This document shows, piece by piece, positions 20,746-30,972 of a stretch of DNA of 64,000 nucleotides. The translations under genes were made by a program, and so were the position numbers. The notes below the pieces were generated by a model. The model did not search any database, had not been told where the DNA came from, and saw only the letters and a program-made list of their open reading frames with translations. Each line of letters starts with the position of its first letter. The stretch's first letter is position 1. The stretch lies in assembly GCA_039811985.1 (NCBI GenBank), contig JBDHZT010000005.1, positions 3 through 64,002 on the forward strand, in the 5' to 3' direction. Origin of the DNA: Nocardioidaceae bacterium. Lineage in GTDB: Bacteria; Actinomycetota; Actinomycetes; Propionibacteriales; Nocardioidaceae.

Positions 20746-22182
20746 TCAGCCGAGGTCGATCTCGGGGTAGAGCGGGTGCTTGTCGAGCAGCTCGGCCGAG
20801 GCCGCCCGGACCCGGTCGGCCACGCCGTCGGCCAGGACGTACGACGCCTTCGACGGCGCGCCCGCACTGGTCCGGCCCGGTGTGGTGCTCGACAGCACCT
20901 CCACCATCAACTCGGCCACCCGGTCGAACTCGTCGTGCCCGAAGCCGCGGGTGGTCAGCGCCGGGGTGCCGAGACGGACGCCGGAGGTGTACCACGCACC
21001 GTTGGGATCGGCCGGCACGGAGTTGCGGTTCGTGACGACACCGGCCTCCAGCAGCGCCGACTCGGCCTGACGGCCGGTGAGGCCGAACGAGGTGACGTCG
21101 AGCAGCACCAGGTGGTTGTCGGTGCCGCCGCTGACCAGGGTGCAGCCGCGCTTGAGGAAGCCCTCGGCCAGGGACTGGGCGTTGTCGGCGATGCGCTGGG
21201 CATACTCCTTGAAGGCGGGCTGCCGGGCCTCGGCGAGCGCTACCGCCTTGGCCGCCATCACGTGACCCAGTGGTCCGCCGAGGACGAGCGGGCAGCCGCG
21301 GTCCACCGCGTCGGCGTACTCCTCCTGGGCCAGCACCAGGCCACCGCGCGGGCCGCGCAGCGACTTGTGGGTCGTGGTCGTGGTCAGGTGTGCGTGCGGG
21401 ACGGGATTCTCGTCGCCGGTGAACACCTGACCCGCGACCAGGCCGGCGAAGTGAGCCATGTCCACCATCAGCGTGGCGCCGACCTCGTCGGCGATCTCAC
21501 GCATCTTGGCGAAGTTGATCCGGCGCGGGTAGGCGGAGTAGCCAGCAACGAGGATCAGCGGGCGGAACTCGCGAACCTTGGCGGCCACGACGTCGTAGTC
21601 GAGCAGCCCGGTGACGGGGTCGGTGCCGTACTGCTGCTGGTGGAACATCTTGCCGCTGATGTTGGGCCGGAAACCGTGGGTCAGGTGCCCGCCAGCGTCC
21701 AGGGACATACCGAGCAGCCGCTGGTTGCCCAGCTCCCGACGCAGCGACTCCCAGTCCTCCTCGGTCAGGTCGTTGACGCTCTTCACGCCTCGCTCGGCCA
21801 GGCCGGGCGCCTCGATGCGGTGGGCGAGGATGGCCCAGTAGGCAACCAGGTTGGCGTCGATGCCGGAGTGCGGCTGGGCATAGGCGTACGGCGCGCCGAA
21901 CAGCTCGCGGGCGTGCTCGGCGGCGAGCGCCTCGACGGTGTCGACGTTCTGGCAGCCCGCATAGAAGCGGTGGCCGACGGTGCCCTCGGCGTACTTGTCG
22001 CTGAACCAGGTGCCCATCGTCATCAGGACCGCTGGCGAGGCGTAGTTCTCCGAGGCGATCAGCTTGAGCGAACCTCGCTGGTCGATCAGCTCCTGGCGGG
22101 TCGCCTCGGCGACGCGCGGCTCGACCGAGGCGATCACCTCGAGTGCTTGACGGTAGACGCTGGAGATGCGGGCATCGGTCAT
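20746..22182 (-). CDS. glyA: Serine hydroxymethyltransferase
   Basis: [41 protein letters not shown]. Confidence 0.97.
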   Translation of the reverse strand: MTDARISSVYRQALEVIASVEPRVAEATRQELIDQRGSLKLIASENYASPAVLMTMGTWFSDKYAEGTVGHRFYAGCQNVDTVEALAAEHARELFGAPYAYAQPHSGIDANLVAYWAILAHRIEAPGLAERGVKSVNDLTEEDWESLRRELGNQRLLGMSLDAGGHLTHGFRPNISGKMFHQQQYGTDPVTGLLDYDVVAAKVREFRPLILVAGYSAYPRRINFAKMREIADEVGATLMVDMAHFAGLVAGQVFTGDENPVPHAHLTTTTTHKSLRGPRGGLVLAQEEYADAVDRGCPLVLGGPLGHVMAAKAVALAEARQPAFKEYAQRIADNAQSLAEGFLKRGCTLVSGGTDNHLVLLDVTSFGLTGRQAESALLEAGVVTNRNSVPADPNGAWYTSGVRLGTPALTTRGFGHDEFDRVAELMVEVLSSTTPGRTSAGAPSKASYVLADGVADRVRAASAELLDKHPLYPEIDLG

Positions 22183-22193
22183 GGGCACACAGT

Positions 22194-22372
22194 AGTGGAG
22201 GGTCGCGGGTCAAGACTTGGCACCTTGGCGGCGTCCAGGTGCGTGCCTGGGCGACGCCAAGACCAAGGGTTGGCCGCGACCCTCCACTGGGTGACCGGAG
22301 GCTCTGGCGTGCAGGTGGGTGTTCGTCGGCACGCCAGTGGGCGACCGTCGACCGGTGTCTCGACGCCGGTCG
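22194..22372. other. Highly structured intergenic element (three stem-loops) upstream of glyA
   Basis: 15-bp perfect IR 22194-22208/22274-22288 enclosing a near-perfect inner stem; CTGGCGTGC/GCACGCCAG IR; CGACCGG/CCGGTCG IR. Confidence 0.6.
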
Positions 22373-22561
22373 GGACTAGTGATAGCCGTCTCACATAGTG
22401 TTTGGAACGTTCACATCATGAGATAGCGATTTGTGGACTCGGTGTCCGATCCGTGAGACTGGCGGAGCCGGTCGCCCGTCGGGGCGGCTGGGACTCGTCT
22501 TCGGACGGTCCTCGACAGCGTCGTCGAACTCCCCTACCCGACTCGCTCGAAGGAACCCACC

Positions 22562-23305
22562 ATGGCCGCTCCCCCGCTGATCGCACTGGCGCGCGCCGGG
22601 CACGATGCCCGCACCACCCAGACCGTCGCCGACCTCGTGGACGAGGTCCGCAGCAGCCGCTCGGACCTGCGCATCGAGAAGGCCTTCTTGGAGGGCAGCC
22701 GGCCCAGCTTCACTACGGTGGTCGACAAGCTCGTCCGCGCCCACCACGAGGAGATCGTCGTGGTGCCGCTCCACCTGACCGACTCCGAGCCGCTCCAGGC
22801 CCAGGTGGGTGCCGCGGTGGCCGAAGCCGAGGCCAAGCACGAGCAGCTCCGCATCCGGGTCTCTCGCCCGCTGGGGCTGGAGGCGTGCTTCCTCGAGGTC
22901 CTCGACGTCCGACTGCGCAGCGCCCTGCGCGAGGCCCGGGTCCGTGAGCTGGACGCCCTGGTGCTGGCAGCCGAGGGGTCGACCGACCCCCTGGCCAACC
23001 AGGCGGTCGCGCGGCTCGCTCGGGTCTGGGGCACCCACCACCGGCTTCCAGTCACCGCCGCCTTCTCCTCGGCCGCCCCGCCCGCGACCGGCGAGGCCGT
23101 TCGCGCGTTCCGCGCCGAGGGGCGCCGCCACATCGCCGTCGCCTCGCTCTTCTTGGCCCCCGGCCCGATGGCCGACCGCGCCGCTGAGCTCGCCTTGGAG
23201 GCCGGCGCGATCACCGTCGCCGAGCCGCTCGGCGCCCACGCCGAGGTGGCCCGCACCGTGCTGGCGCGGTACGCCGTCGGCGCGGTCGAGCTGGTCCCCG
23301 TCTAG
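22562..23305 (+). CDS. CbiX/SirB chelatase-like protein (degenerate active site)
   Basis: Two-domain CbiX pattern (AFLE...P, VVPL, LG, LAA.GS.DP.AN, VASLFLAPG, AEPLG.H); RBS GAAGGA. Confidence 0.8.
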   Translation: MAAPPLIALARAGHDARTTQTVADLVDEVRSSRSDLRIEKAFLEGSRPSFTTVVDKLVRAHHEEIVVVPLHLTDSEPLQAQVGAAVAEAEAKHEQLRIRVSRPLGLEACFLEVLDVRLRSALREARVRELDALVLAAEGSTDPLANQAVARLARVWGTHHRLPVTAAFSSAAPPATGEAVRAFRAEGRRHIAVASLFLAPGPMADRAAELALEAGAITVAEPLGAHAEVARTVLARYAVGAVELVPV

Positions 23306-23308
23306 GCG

Positions 23309-23356
23309 GGACGTCATAGCGAGCGGTCGTTATGGCGACCGCAGTGGATGACGTCC
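23309..23356 (+). repeat. REP-like hairpin element, copy 2
   Basis: GGACGTCAT-agcgagc-GGTCG-ttatgg-CGACC-gcagt-GGATGACGTCC between convergent genes. Confidence 0.75.
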
Positions 23357-23360
23357 GGCG

Positions 23361-23759
23361 TCAGGCGACCAGACGCTCCAGGAGCCACTCGAGCTCACGC
23401 TCCGGATCGGCGGTGACACCACCGTGCACCGGGCCCGGCCGGATGACCGTGCTCCGCGGCGCCATCAAGAAGCCGAACCGCTGACCCGCGGGACGCTGTG
23501 CGGCGACGCCACCTCGGGCATCGCCCGCACAGACCCCGTCGATGAAGTCCAGCGCCGCCCTGACCTGGGCGAGATCCAACGCCGGGTCCAGTGCCCGCAG
23601 CCGCTCCTCGACGACCACGTGGCCCAGCCGCAGCAACCCGGTGGACTCGCAGTAGAGCACCACGCCGACATTGACGAACTCCTCGCGATCGGCTCGCGGC
23701 ACGCACCGGAGGACGACGTACTGATAAGGGTGCTGGTCGGCACCGGTGAGAGCGGTCAT
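23361..23759 (-). CDS. DUF3037 family protein
   Basis: YQYVVLRCVPRADREEFVNVGVVLYC; RF.FL.APRST.I.PGPVH.G. Confidence 0.88.
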   Translation of the reverse strand: MTALTGADQHPYQYVVLRCVPRADREEFVNVGVVLYCESTGLLRLGHVVVEERLRALDPALDLAQVRAALDFIDGVCAGDARGGVAAQRPAGQRFGFLMAPRSTVIRPGPVHGGVTADPERELEWLLERLVA

Positions 23760-24520
23760 GTCAGCACCCCCTGCAGCCACTGCCGCGTCCCGAGCCGGGC
23801 GGCCAGGAACTCCACATAGGCGGCCCGCTGCTGGGCCGGCGTCTCCGCGCCGGGCACCGGCTCCAGCCAAACGTCTGGGACCTCGCCGACTGCGGCCTCG
23901 AGCGCAGCCCGGTCCAGTGCGGTGGTCGCTACGGCGTCTGCCGCGGGCAGGTGATCCGCTGCCGAGAGCAGCACGTGGTTGTCCGGGTCCCATGGCTGGG
24001 CGGCGAACCGCGCCGGATCACCGAGGCCACCCTGCCAGCCATGGTGGAAGTACAGGCAGGCGCCGTGGTCGATCACCCACAGGTCGCCGTGCCAGACCAG
24101 CAGGTTCGGGTTGCGCCAGGAGCGGTCGACGTTGGCGACGAAGGCGTCCAGCCAGAGCACCCGGGCCGCCTCCTCTGCGTCCGCGTCCGCGACGGTGTCG
24201 AAGCCGAACGCCCCTGGCAGGAAGTCGACACCGAGGTTGGCTCCCAGGCTCGCGTTGAGCAGGTCTTGAACCTCCTCGTCGGCCTCGTAGCGGGCGATCT
24301 CTGGATCCAGGTCGAGCTCGACCAGGCGTGGCGTGCGCAGACCCAGCCGACGAGCGAGCTCGGCCACGATCACCTCGGCGACCAACACTCGAGCGCCCTG
24401 GCCGGCGCCACGAAACTTGCACACATAGGTGCCGAGGTCGTCGGCCTCGACCAGTCCCGGCAGCGAGCCTCCTTCGCGCAGGGGCGTCACGTAGCGGGTG
24501 ACGGTGGCGGTGGGAATCAC
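23756..24520 (-). CDS. HipA-like kinase (HipA_2 family)
   Basis: RYVTPLREGGSLP, VCKFRGAGQG, WLDA...N.DRS.RNPN, IDHG. Confidence 0.88.
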   Translation of the reverse strand: MIPTATVTRYVTPLREGGSLPGLVEADDLGTYVCKFRGAGQGARVLVAEVIVAELARRLGLRTPRLVELDLDPEIARYEADEEVQDLLNASLGANLGVDFLPGAFGFDTVADADAEEAARVLWLDAFVANVDRSWRNPNLLVWHGDLWVIDHGACLYFHHGWQGGLGDPARFAAQPWDPDNHVLLSAADHLPAADAVATTALDRAALEAAVGEVPDVWLEPVPGAETPAQQRAAYVEFLAARLGTRQWLQGVLT

Positions 24521-25359
24521 GTGATCGGCGCCTCGTCGGCCAACCGCTGCTTCTCGACCTCCACGTCGAAGTCCGCAGCCGGCCAGCCCAGGCCCAGCTC
24601 GGCGAGCGCCTCGTGCAGCAGCAGGCCGATGGCCAGGTTGCGGAACCACTTGCGATCGCTGGGGATCACGTGCCACGGCGCCACCTCGGTGTTGGTGCGC
24701 TCCAAGGCGATCTGGTACGCCTCGCGGTATGCCGGCCACAGCGCCCGCTCGTCGAGGTCGCCGGGGTTGTACTTCCAGTGCTTGGTGGGGTCGTCGAGCC
24801 GCGCCAGCAGCCGCTCCTTCTGCGTCTCGGCAGAGATGTGCAGCATGCACTTGATGAGCACGGTGCCTTGGCCGACCAGATCTGCCTCGAAGGCGTTGAT
24901 GGCGTCGTACCGCCGCTCGATCTCCTCCGGGGCGGCGAGCTGTCGCACCCGAGCGATCAGCACGTCCTCGTAGTGCGAGCGATCGAAGACCCCGACATAG
25001 CCCCGTGCCGGCAACGCCTTCTCGATGCGCCACAAGAAGTCGTGAGCGAGCTCCTCCTTCGTCGGCGCCTTGAAGGAGGTGATCCGCACACCCTGCGGGT
25101 CGATCAGCCCGACCGTGTGTCGCAGCACGCCGCCCTTGCCGGAGGTGTCCATCCCTTGCAGCACCAGCAGCACCGAGCGAGCCTGGTCGGTGCCGCGCGC
25201 CGCGAACAGCCGCTCCTGAAGGTCAGCCAACCCCGGACCGAGCTTGGCGAGCGCCTTCTCGCCCTGCGTCTTGTCGCCGTCGAAGCCGGGGGTGGCGTCG
25301 GTCGGAATCGTGCGCAGGTCCACCGGACCCGCCGGCAGGGTGAGCTCCGCAGTCGTCAT
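24517..25359 (-). CDS. ppk2: Polyphosphate kinase 2 family (polyP:nucleotide phosphotransferase)
   Basis: QGMDTSGKGG Walker A, FKAPT.EE..HDFLWR, FDRSHYEDV, KHWKY. Confidence 0.93.
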   Translation of the reverse strand: MTTAELTLPAGPVDLRTIPTDATPGFDGDKTQGEKALAKLGPGLADLQERLFAARGTDQARSVLLVLQGMDTSGKGGVLRHTVGLIDPQGVRITSFKAPTKEELAHDFLWRIEKALPARGYVGVFDRSHYEDVLIARVRQLAAPEEIERRYDAINAFEADLVGQGTVLIKCMLHISAETQKERLLARLDDPTKHWKYNPGDLDERALWPAYREAYQIALERTNTEVAPWHVIPSDRKWFRNLAIGLLLHEALAELGLGWPAADFDVEVEKQRLADEAPIT

Positions 25360-25419
25360 GGGTCCACACCCTAGAAGATGTGGTGCCGTCAGAACGGCCG
25401 CCCCTACTGGCGCCCGTTC

Positions 25420-26124
25420 TTAGCCGAGGACGGTCGCGACATCGAGGGTGCAGCCGACGACCGTGTCGACGCCGTCGTCGCTGCGGGGCTCGTCGAACCA
25501 GGTGCCGCGCACGAATCCGGCCTTGTCGAGCATCCGCAGCGATGCCTCGTTGCGGTGGTCCGGAGCCGCGAAGTACGACGTCACCTCGGGGAAGCGGGAT
25601 CGGGCCCGGAGCATCCAGGCCCATAGCACCCGGGCACCGATCCCTCGACCCACCCAGGCCAGCTCTCCGATGGCGTAGTCCACCCCGACCGCCTGGGGAT
25701 CGGGACACAGCACCGCATAGTCGGGATAGTCGCTGAGCCGATAGTCCTGCAAGAAGCCGACCGATCGCCCGTTGACCTCGGCGACCCACATCGTGGTCGG
25801 GGTCTCGCCCTCGATCCGGGGGGCGTACTTCTCCGTCACCGCCGCCAGCGTGGGCTCGCCGTCCTCTGCCCACCAGCGGTGCACATGTGGCTCGGTGCGC
25901 CACCTGGCCATCACTGGCAGATCCCCGCGGGTCATCGGTCGGACCGCGACCACGGTCAGCGGGTCGACCACGAACACCTTCGGGTCGCCAGCGAGATCGA
26001 TCGGCATCGGGTCGCCCAGCCACCCGCTCGCCAGCCGCCGTGCCGCAGCCGCCCAGGACTCCTCCGTCTTGACAAGTCCAGTGCGTTCCTCGCCGCGGTG
26101 TCGAACCGCCAGGCGCACGCTCAT
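25420..26124 (-). CDS. GNAT acetyltransferase, AAC(6')-Ib/IucB-like, with an N-terminal extension
   Basis: RW...PHV.RWW, GVDYAIGE...GRG.G, PD.RN.AS.R.L.KAGF. Confidence 0.82.
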   Translation of the reverse strand: MSVRLAVRHRGEERTGLVKTEESWAAAARRLASGWLGDPMPIDLAGDPKVFVVDPLTVVAVRPMTRGDLPVMARWRTEPHVHRWWAEDGEPTLAAVTEKYAPRIEGETPTTMWVAEVNGRSVGFLQDYRLSDYPDYAVLCPDPQAVGVDYAIGELAWVGRGIGARVLWAWMLRARSRFPEVTSYFAAPDHRNEASLRMLDKAGFVRGTWFDEPRSDDGVDTVVGCTLDVATVLG

Positions 26125-26128
26125 CTGC

Positions 26129-26792
26129 CTAGGTTAGAAGGTCGTCCTCGTCCTCTGAGTGAGCCAGCTCCGAACGCACGACGGCCAGCGCCAGTCCGGA
26201 GGAGTAGCCCTTGCGGGCGAGCATGCCGACCAACCGACGGGTGGCGGTCGTGGTGTCGACCCGTTGGAGGCTGCGAAGCCGCCGCCTGACCAGCGCCCGG
26301 GCGGCGACCTCCTGGGCCTCTTGGTCGACCTCGGCCACGGCCTCGCGCACGACCTCGTCGCTGACGCCTTTGCGGCGCAGCTCCTGCGCCAGCGCTCGTG
26401 GAGCGAGCCCGCGGCTGGCCTGTCGACTCTCCACCCAAGCTCGGGCGAACGCCTCGTCGTCGATCAGGCCCACCTCGGTGAACCGGTCCAGCAGTTGCTC
26501 CGAGATCTCCTCGGGCACTCCACGTCGATCCAGCTTGGTGCGCAGCTCGGCCCGGCTCCGGGCCTGGCCGGTGAGTTGGTCGAGCAGGATCTTGCGGGCC
26601 ACCGCCTCTGAGTCGGCGTCGGGGCCGTCGGCGACCGGATCGGCAGGGGCCGCGGACGACCTTCCCCTTTCCGGAGCAGCCCGGCCCTCAGCAGCCAGGT
26701 CGTGGCCAGCCCACGCGGCGACACCAGCAGCGACGTCACCGTGCCAGGGCCGGCCAGCGACCGGCTGAGCAGGCTTAGCCTCGAATCGAGGC

Positions 26793-26803
<11 letters not shown>
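26129..26803 (-). CDS. recX: Regulatory protein RecX
   Basis: L....RSRAEL..KL, GLIDD.AFA..WV, L.RKGY; overlaps the recA stop; start uncertain. Confidence 0.9.
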
Positions 26804-27851
<1,048 letters not shown>

Positions 27852-27878
27852 CTCCGTCCGATCTGGGTGTCACGTGGG

Positions 27879-27900
27879 ACGCTAGACCGGGCCACCGACA
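27879..27900 (-). promoter_or_regulatory. recA proximal promoter of the RecA-NDp / PafBC type
   Basis: TGTCGGTG-gcccggtc-TAGCGT matches TGTCRgtg-N8-TAnnnT. Confidence 0.85.
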
Positions 27901-27961
27901 GTTCCGATCCCCTCGAGCAGGACCTGTGGAGTACGCCGACCACCCGCGTCGTCTGCGCACT

Positions 27962-27985
27962 AACCTAGTGCGAACGTCTGTTCGA
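27962..27985 (-). promoter_or_regulatory. LexA SOS box with adjacent -10 (recA distal promoter)
   Basis: TCGAAC-AGAC-GTTCGC (27985-27970) followed 2 nt later by TAGGTT. Confidence 0.85.
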
Positions 27986-28176
27986 ACCAGTCACCGCGCG
28001 GCGGCGTGTCGCCCTCGGATGGCTGGCTCCGCCTGGAGGCGGCTCCGATCGACAGGGCGCTTGCCGAGAGAGCAGGCCTGGGGTTCCGGCTGCTGGTCGA
28101 GTCAGCGCTCTTTCGTCCGGTGGAGGCCGTCGATTGCGCCGAAGCTGCATGCCGCCCCGTCTGCCGCGGTGCTGTA

Positions 28177-28206
28177 GTGGCTGAGAACCCGATATACCGG
28201 CCACTT
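28177..28206 (+). repeat. Short dispersed imperfect palindrome, similar to 33648-33676 (opposite orientation)
   Basis: GTGGCTGAGAACCCGATATACCGGCCACTT vs reverse complement GTGGCCGAGAGCCTACTCATCAGCCACTT. Confidence 0.4.
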
Positions 28207-28319
28207 TGCCACCACAAGACCGCAGGAGACGCAAGAAGACCGCAGCAGCGCTCACCCGGCCAGCAACCCGCCAACGCGCGCCCACTCCGTGGTGCGCGAT
28301 CCACGGATCCAGGCTAGGC

Positions 28320-29573
28320 CTACCCCACGCCACCGGAGATCAGCCGGCGCGACCGGAAGGCGGCGGCGAGGGTCAGCGCAGCGATGAGTGCGGAGAAGAG
28401 GTTGAGGGTGGCGTAACCCTGCCAGCCCACGACCACACCGGCGAGCGCGCCGGCGCCGGCAGCGGCCAGGTTCATCACCAGGTCTGCTGCGCCTTGGATG
28501 TCGGTGCGCGCCTCGAGCGGGGTGTGCTCGACGACCAGGCTCGAGGAGGCGACCGTGCCGAAGGACCACCCGAGTCCGAGCAGGAAGAGTCCGGCGAAGA
28601 TCAGCCAGGAGCTCCCCTCTGGCGAGAGCCCGCTCAGCAGGAGCGAGACCAGCAGGACCGCCCCACCCACGGTCAACGTGACCGGGGCACCCCACCGGTC
28701 GGTCGCCCACCCCGACAGCGGCGAGAAGGCGAACATGCCGAGCACGTGGACCGAGATGACGAAGCCGATCACGCGCAGGTCGGAGCCGCCGTGGTGCATG
28801 TGCAGCGGCGTCATCACCATGACCCCGACCATCACGGCGTGCGACGAGGCCAACCCGACGATGGCTGCGACGAGGACGGGACGCTCCTGCAAGAGGGCCC
28901 GCACGTCGGACCACGAGAGGTTCCGCACGACGGCCGTGCGCACCCCCGCATGCTCACGCGCGACCAGCAGCGGGTCCGGCCGGAGGAAGAGCCACAAGAT
29001 CACCGTCGCGAGCAGCATTCCGAAGCTGCCAAGCAGGAACGGACCGGTGAGGGCGGGGATGCCCAGCTCATCCGCGAGCCGACCCGCCGGGCCGGTCAGA
29101 TTGGGGCCGAGGACGGCGCCGATGGTGGCCGCCCACACCACGATGCCCAGGGAGCGACCGCGGGACTCTTCCGGGGCGAGGTCGGTGGCGGCGTACCGCG
29201 CCGCGTTGTTGGCCGCCGACGTCGAGCCCAGCAGCACCGCACCGGCGAGGAGCAACAGCATCGATCCCGCCGCACCCGCCACCACGACCACGACCGCACC
29301 GACCGCACCGAGCAGATAGCCCAGCGCCAGGCCCGCGCGTCGCCCGCGGCGCGACATCAGCCGCGCGAGGAGGTACGACGCCACGGCCGTACCGAGCACC
29401 TGACTGGTCTGAGCCAGTCCGGCGAGCTTCTCCGAGCCGGACAGGTCCTCGGCCAACAGGGACGCCGTCGCGATGCCGATGGTGATGCCGGTCGCGCCGA
29501 CGATCTGGCCGGCGACCAGCGTCGCCATCGTGCGCCGCTGCACGTCGGCAGCGGCCGGGATCGATGACGTCAC
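28320..29573 (-). CDS. MFS transporter
   Basis: About 12 TM helices; R.GRR loop motifs; ARYAATDLA. Confidence 0.9.
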   Translation of the reverse strand: MTSSIPAAADVQRRTMATLVAGQIVGATGITIGIATASLLAEDLSGSEKLAGLAQTSQVLGTAVASYLLARLMSRRGRRAGLALGYLLGAVGAVVVVVAGAAGSMLLLLAGAVLLGSTSAANNAARYAATDLAPEESRGRSLGIVVWAATIGAVLGPNLTGPAGRLADELGIPALTGPFLLGSFGMLLATVILWLFLRPDPLLVAREHAGVRTAVVRNLSWSDVRALLQERPVLVAAIVGLASSHAVMVGVMVMTPLHMHHGGSDLRVIGFVISVHVLGMFAFSPLSGWATDRWGAPVTLTVGGAVLLVSLLLSGLSPEGSSWLIFAGLFLLGLGWSFGTVASSSLVVEHTPLEARTDIQGAADLVMNLAAAGAGALAGVVVGWQGYATLNLFSALIAALTLAAAFRSRRLISGGVG

Positions 29574-29764
29574 CGCTCGGACTCCGAGAGCTCCAGCACC
29601 CGCCAGACCGCCGCCCAGACCCGCTTCGGCGGCACCCCTTCATCGAGGGCCTGGACCACGGTCCGGCCGTCCAGGTCGGTGATCACGATCCGCTCCGCCC
29701 ACGAGCGGGCGTACGACGACCCGAGCGCCGCCTCGAGTCGCTCCCAGAGCTCGGTGTGCCTCAT
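29570..29764 (-). CDS. DUF3046 family protein
   Basis: MRHTELWERL...GSSYA..WA.......L.GRT..QAL..G..PK.VW.AVW. Confidence 0.88.
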   Translation of the reverse strand: MRHTELWERLEAALGSSYARSWAERIVITDLDGRTVVQALDEGVPPKRVWAAVWRVLELSESER

Positions 29765-30900
29765 CGGCGCCTCGCGAGGGCGTCCAGCCATGGCTCGCCC
29801 GCGGGATCGGCGGTGTGCTCGACCTGGATCGGCTGCCAACCGGCCCGTGAGAGCACCGTGGTCAGCGGCTCCTCCCGCCAGTAGGTGAACCGACGGGGCG
29901 CGTCGACGCGACCGTGCTGAGGCTCAGACCAGTTGTCGCCGTCGCCCTCCTTGAGGGCCAGATGGAGGACGGCGTCCGGGCCCGAGACCTCAGCCAGCCG
30001 GCCAAGGACCTTCGCAAGCGCGAACCGCTCCACATGGAGAAGGCTCGCGTTGGCCCAGATGCCGTCGTAGGGTCGGCCCGGATCGGCGGGATCACGCAGG
30101 TCGTCGCTCAGCGGGTCTATCAGGTCGGCCTCCAGCCCCCTGCCACGGAGCATCTCGACGAAGCCCGGCGTCACATCGGTGCACCGCACCGAACAGCCGG
30201 CCCCCTCCAGCGCGAGGGCGTCCCACCCAGGCCCGCTCCCGATCTCGAGCACTCGCGGTTGGGGTGGAAGCAGTCCGACGAATCGGGTGATCGCCGCAAC
30301 GACGGCTTCCACCGAGCTGGCGGTGCGCTCGGCGTACGGCTCGGCGTAGGCGTCGTACGCCGCGATGGTCCGCGCGACGGCGTCGAAGCCGACATCGTGC
30401 AGATGGTGGACGACGTCGTGCAGGTGATAGCGACCGAGCGAGTCGACGGTGAAGGTCGAGCCGTCGCTACGACGTCCGGTGCGGGACCAGTCCTCCGCAC
30501 CCACCGAGGAGTACAGCTCAGCAACGCGAGTCGCGGCCTCGACGAGCTCGACAGAGACGGCAGCCGGGTGCTGCTCCCCGTAGCGCGCCTCGATCGCAGT
30601 GACGTCCTGGTCCCAGCTGGCGAAGGCGGGGTCGTCGTGGCTCAGCATCTGCTCCACCCGCTCGGCGAAGATGCGATGCACGTCGCGGACATGGCAGGCA
30701 TACTCCAACGGCGACCACACCGTGGTGGTGGGTCGCGTCGCGACATCAGTCCCGTCGAGGACGTGCGTCCAGGACAACGCGTTGGTGGTGATCGAGCCAG
30801 CCAGGTCCGCGGTCGTGACCAGGCTGGCATCGAAGCCGCACGCCGGACACGGTCGGTCGAGGACCCAGGTCCAGTCCTTGGTGTCCGGCTCGATGCTCAC
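29761..30900 (-). CDS. DinB-family domain fused to a class I SAM methyltransferase
   Basis: WSPLEYACHVRDV and HDVVHHLHD (DinB His ligands); LEIGSGPG, DGIWANASLLH. Confidence 0.85.
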   Translation of the reverse strand: MSIEPDTKDWTWVLDRPCPACGFDASLVTTADLAGSITTNALSWTHVLDGTDVATRPTTTVWSPLEYACHVRDVHRIFAERVEQMLSHDDPAFASWDQDVTAIEARYGEQHPAAVSVELVEAATRVAELYSSVGAEDWSRTGRRSDGSTFTVDSLGRYHLHDVVHHLHDVGFDAVARTIAAYDAYAEPYAERTASSVEAVVAAITRFVGLLPPQPRVLEIGSGPGWDALALEGAGCSVRCTDVTPGFVEMLRGRGLEADLIDPLSDDLRDPADPGRPYDGIWANASLLHVERFALAKVLGRLAEVSGPDAVLHLALKEGDGDNWSEPQHGRVDAPRRFTYWREEPLTTVLSRAGWQPIQVEHTADPAGEPWLDALARRR

Positions 30901-30972
30901 CGCGGCATCCTCTCGCACGCGGCCACCCACCCTGGCGACCGACCATCGATCGAGTTCACATGAGCAACAGGT

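Noticed and set aside
22190-22380. ZMP/ZTP (pfl) or glycine riboswitch upstream of glyA
   Set aside because: Consensus pieces are on mixed strands and out of order, there is no GGUGG..CCACC-GGGGAGC core, and glyA appears leaderless. Kept only as an unexplained structured element.
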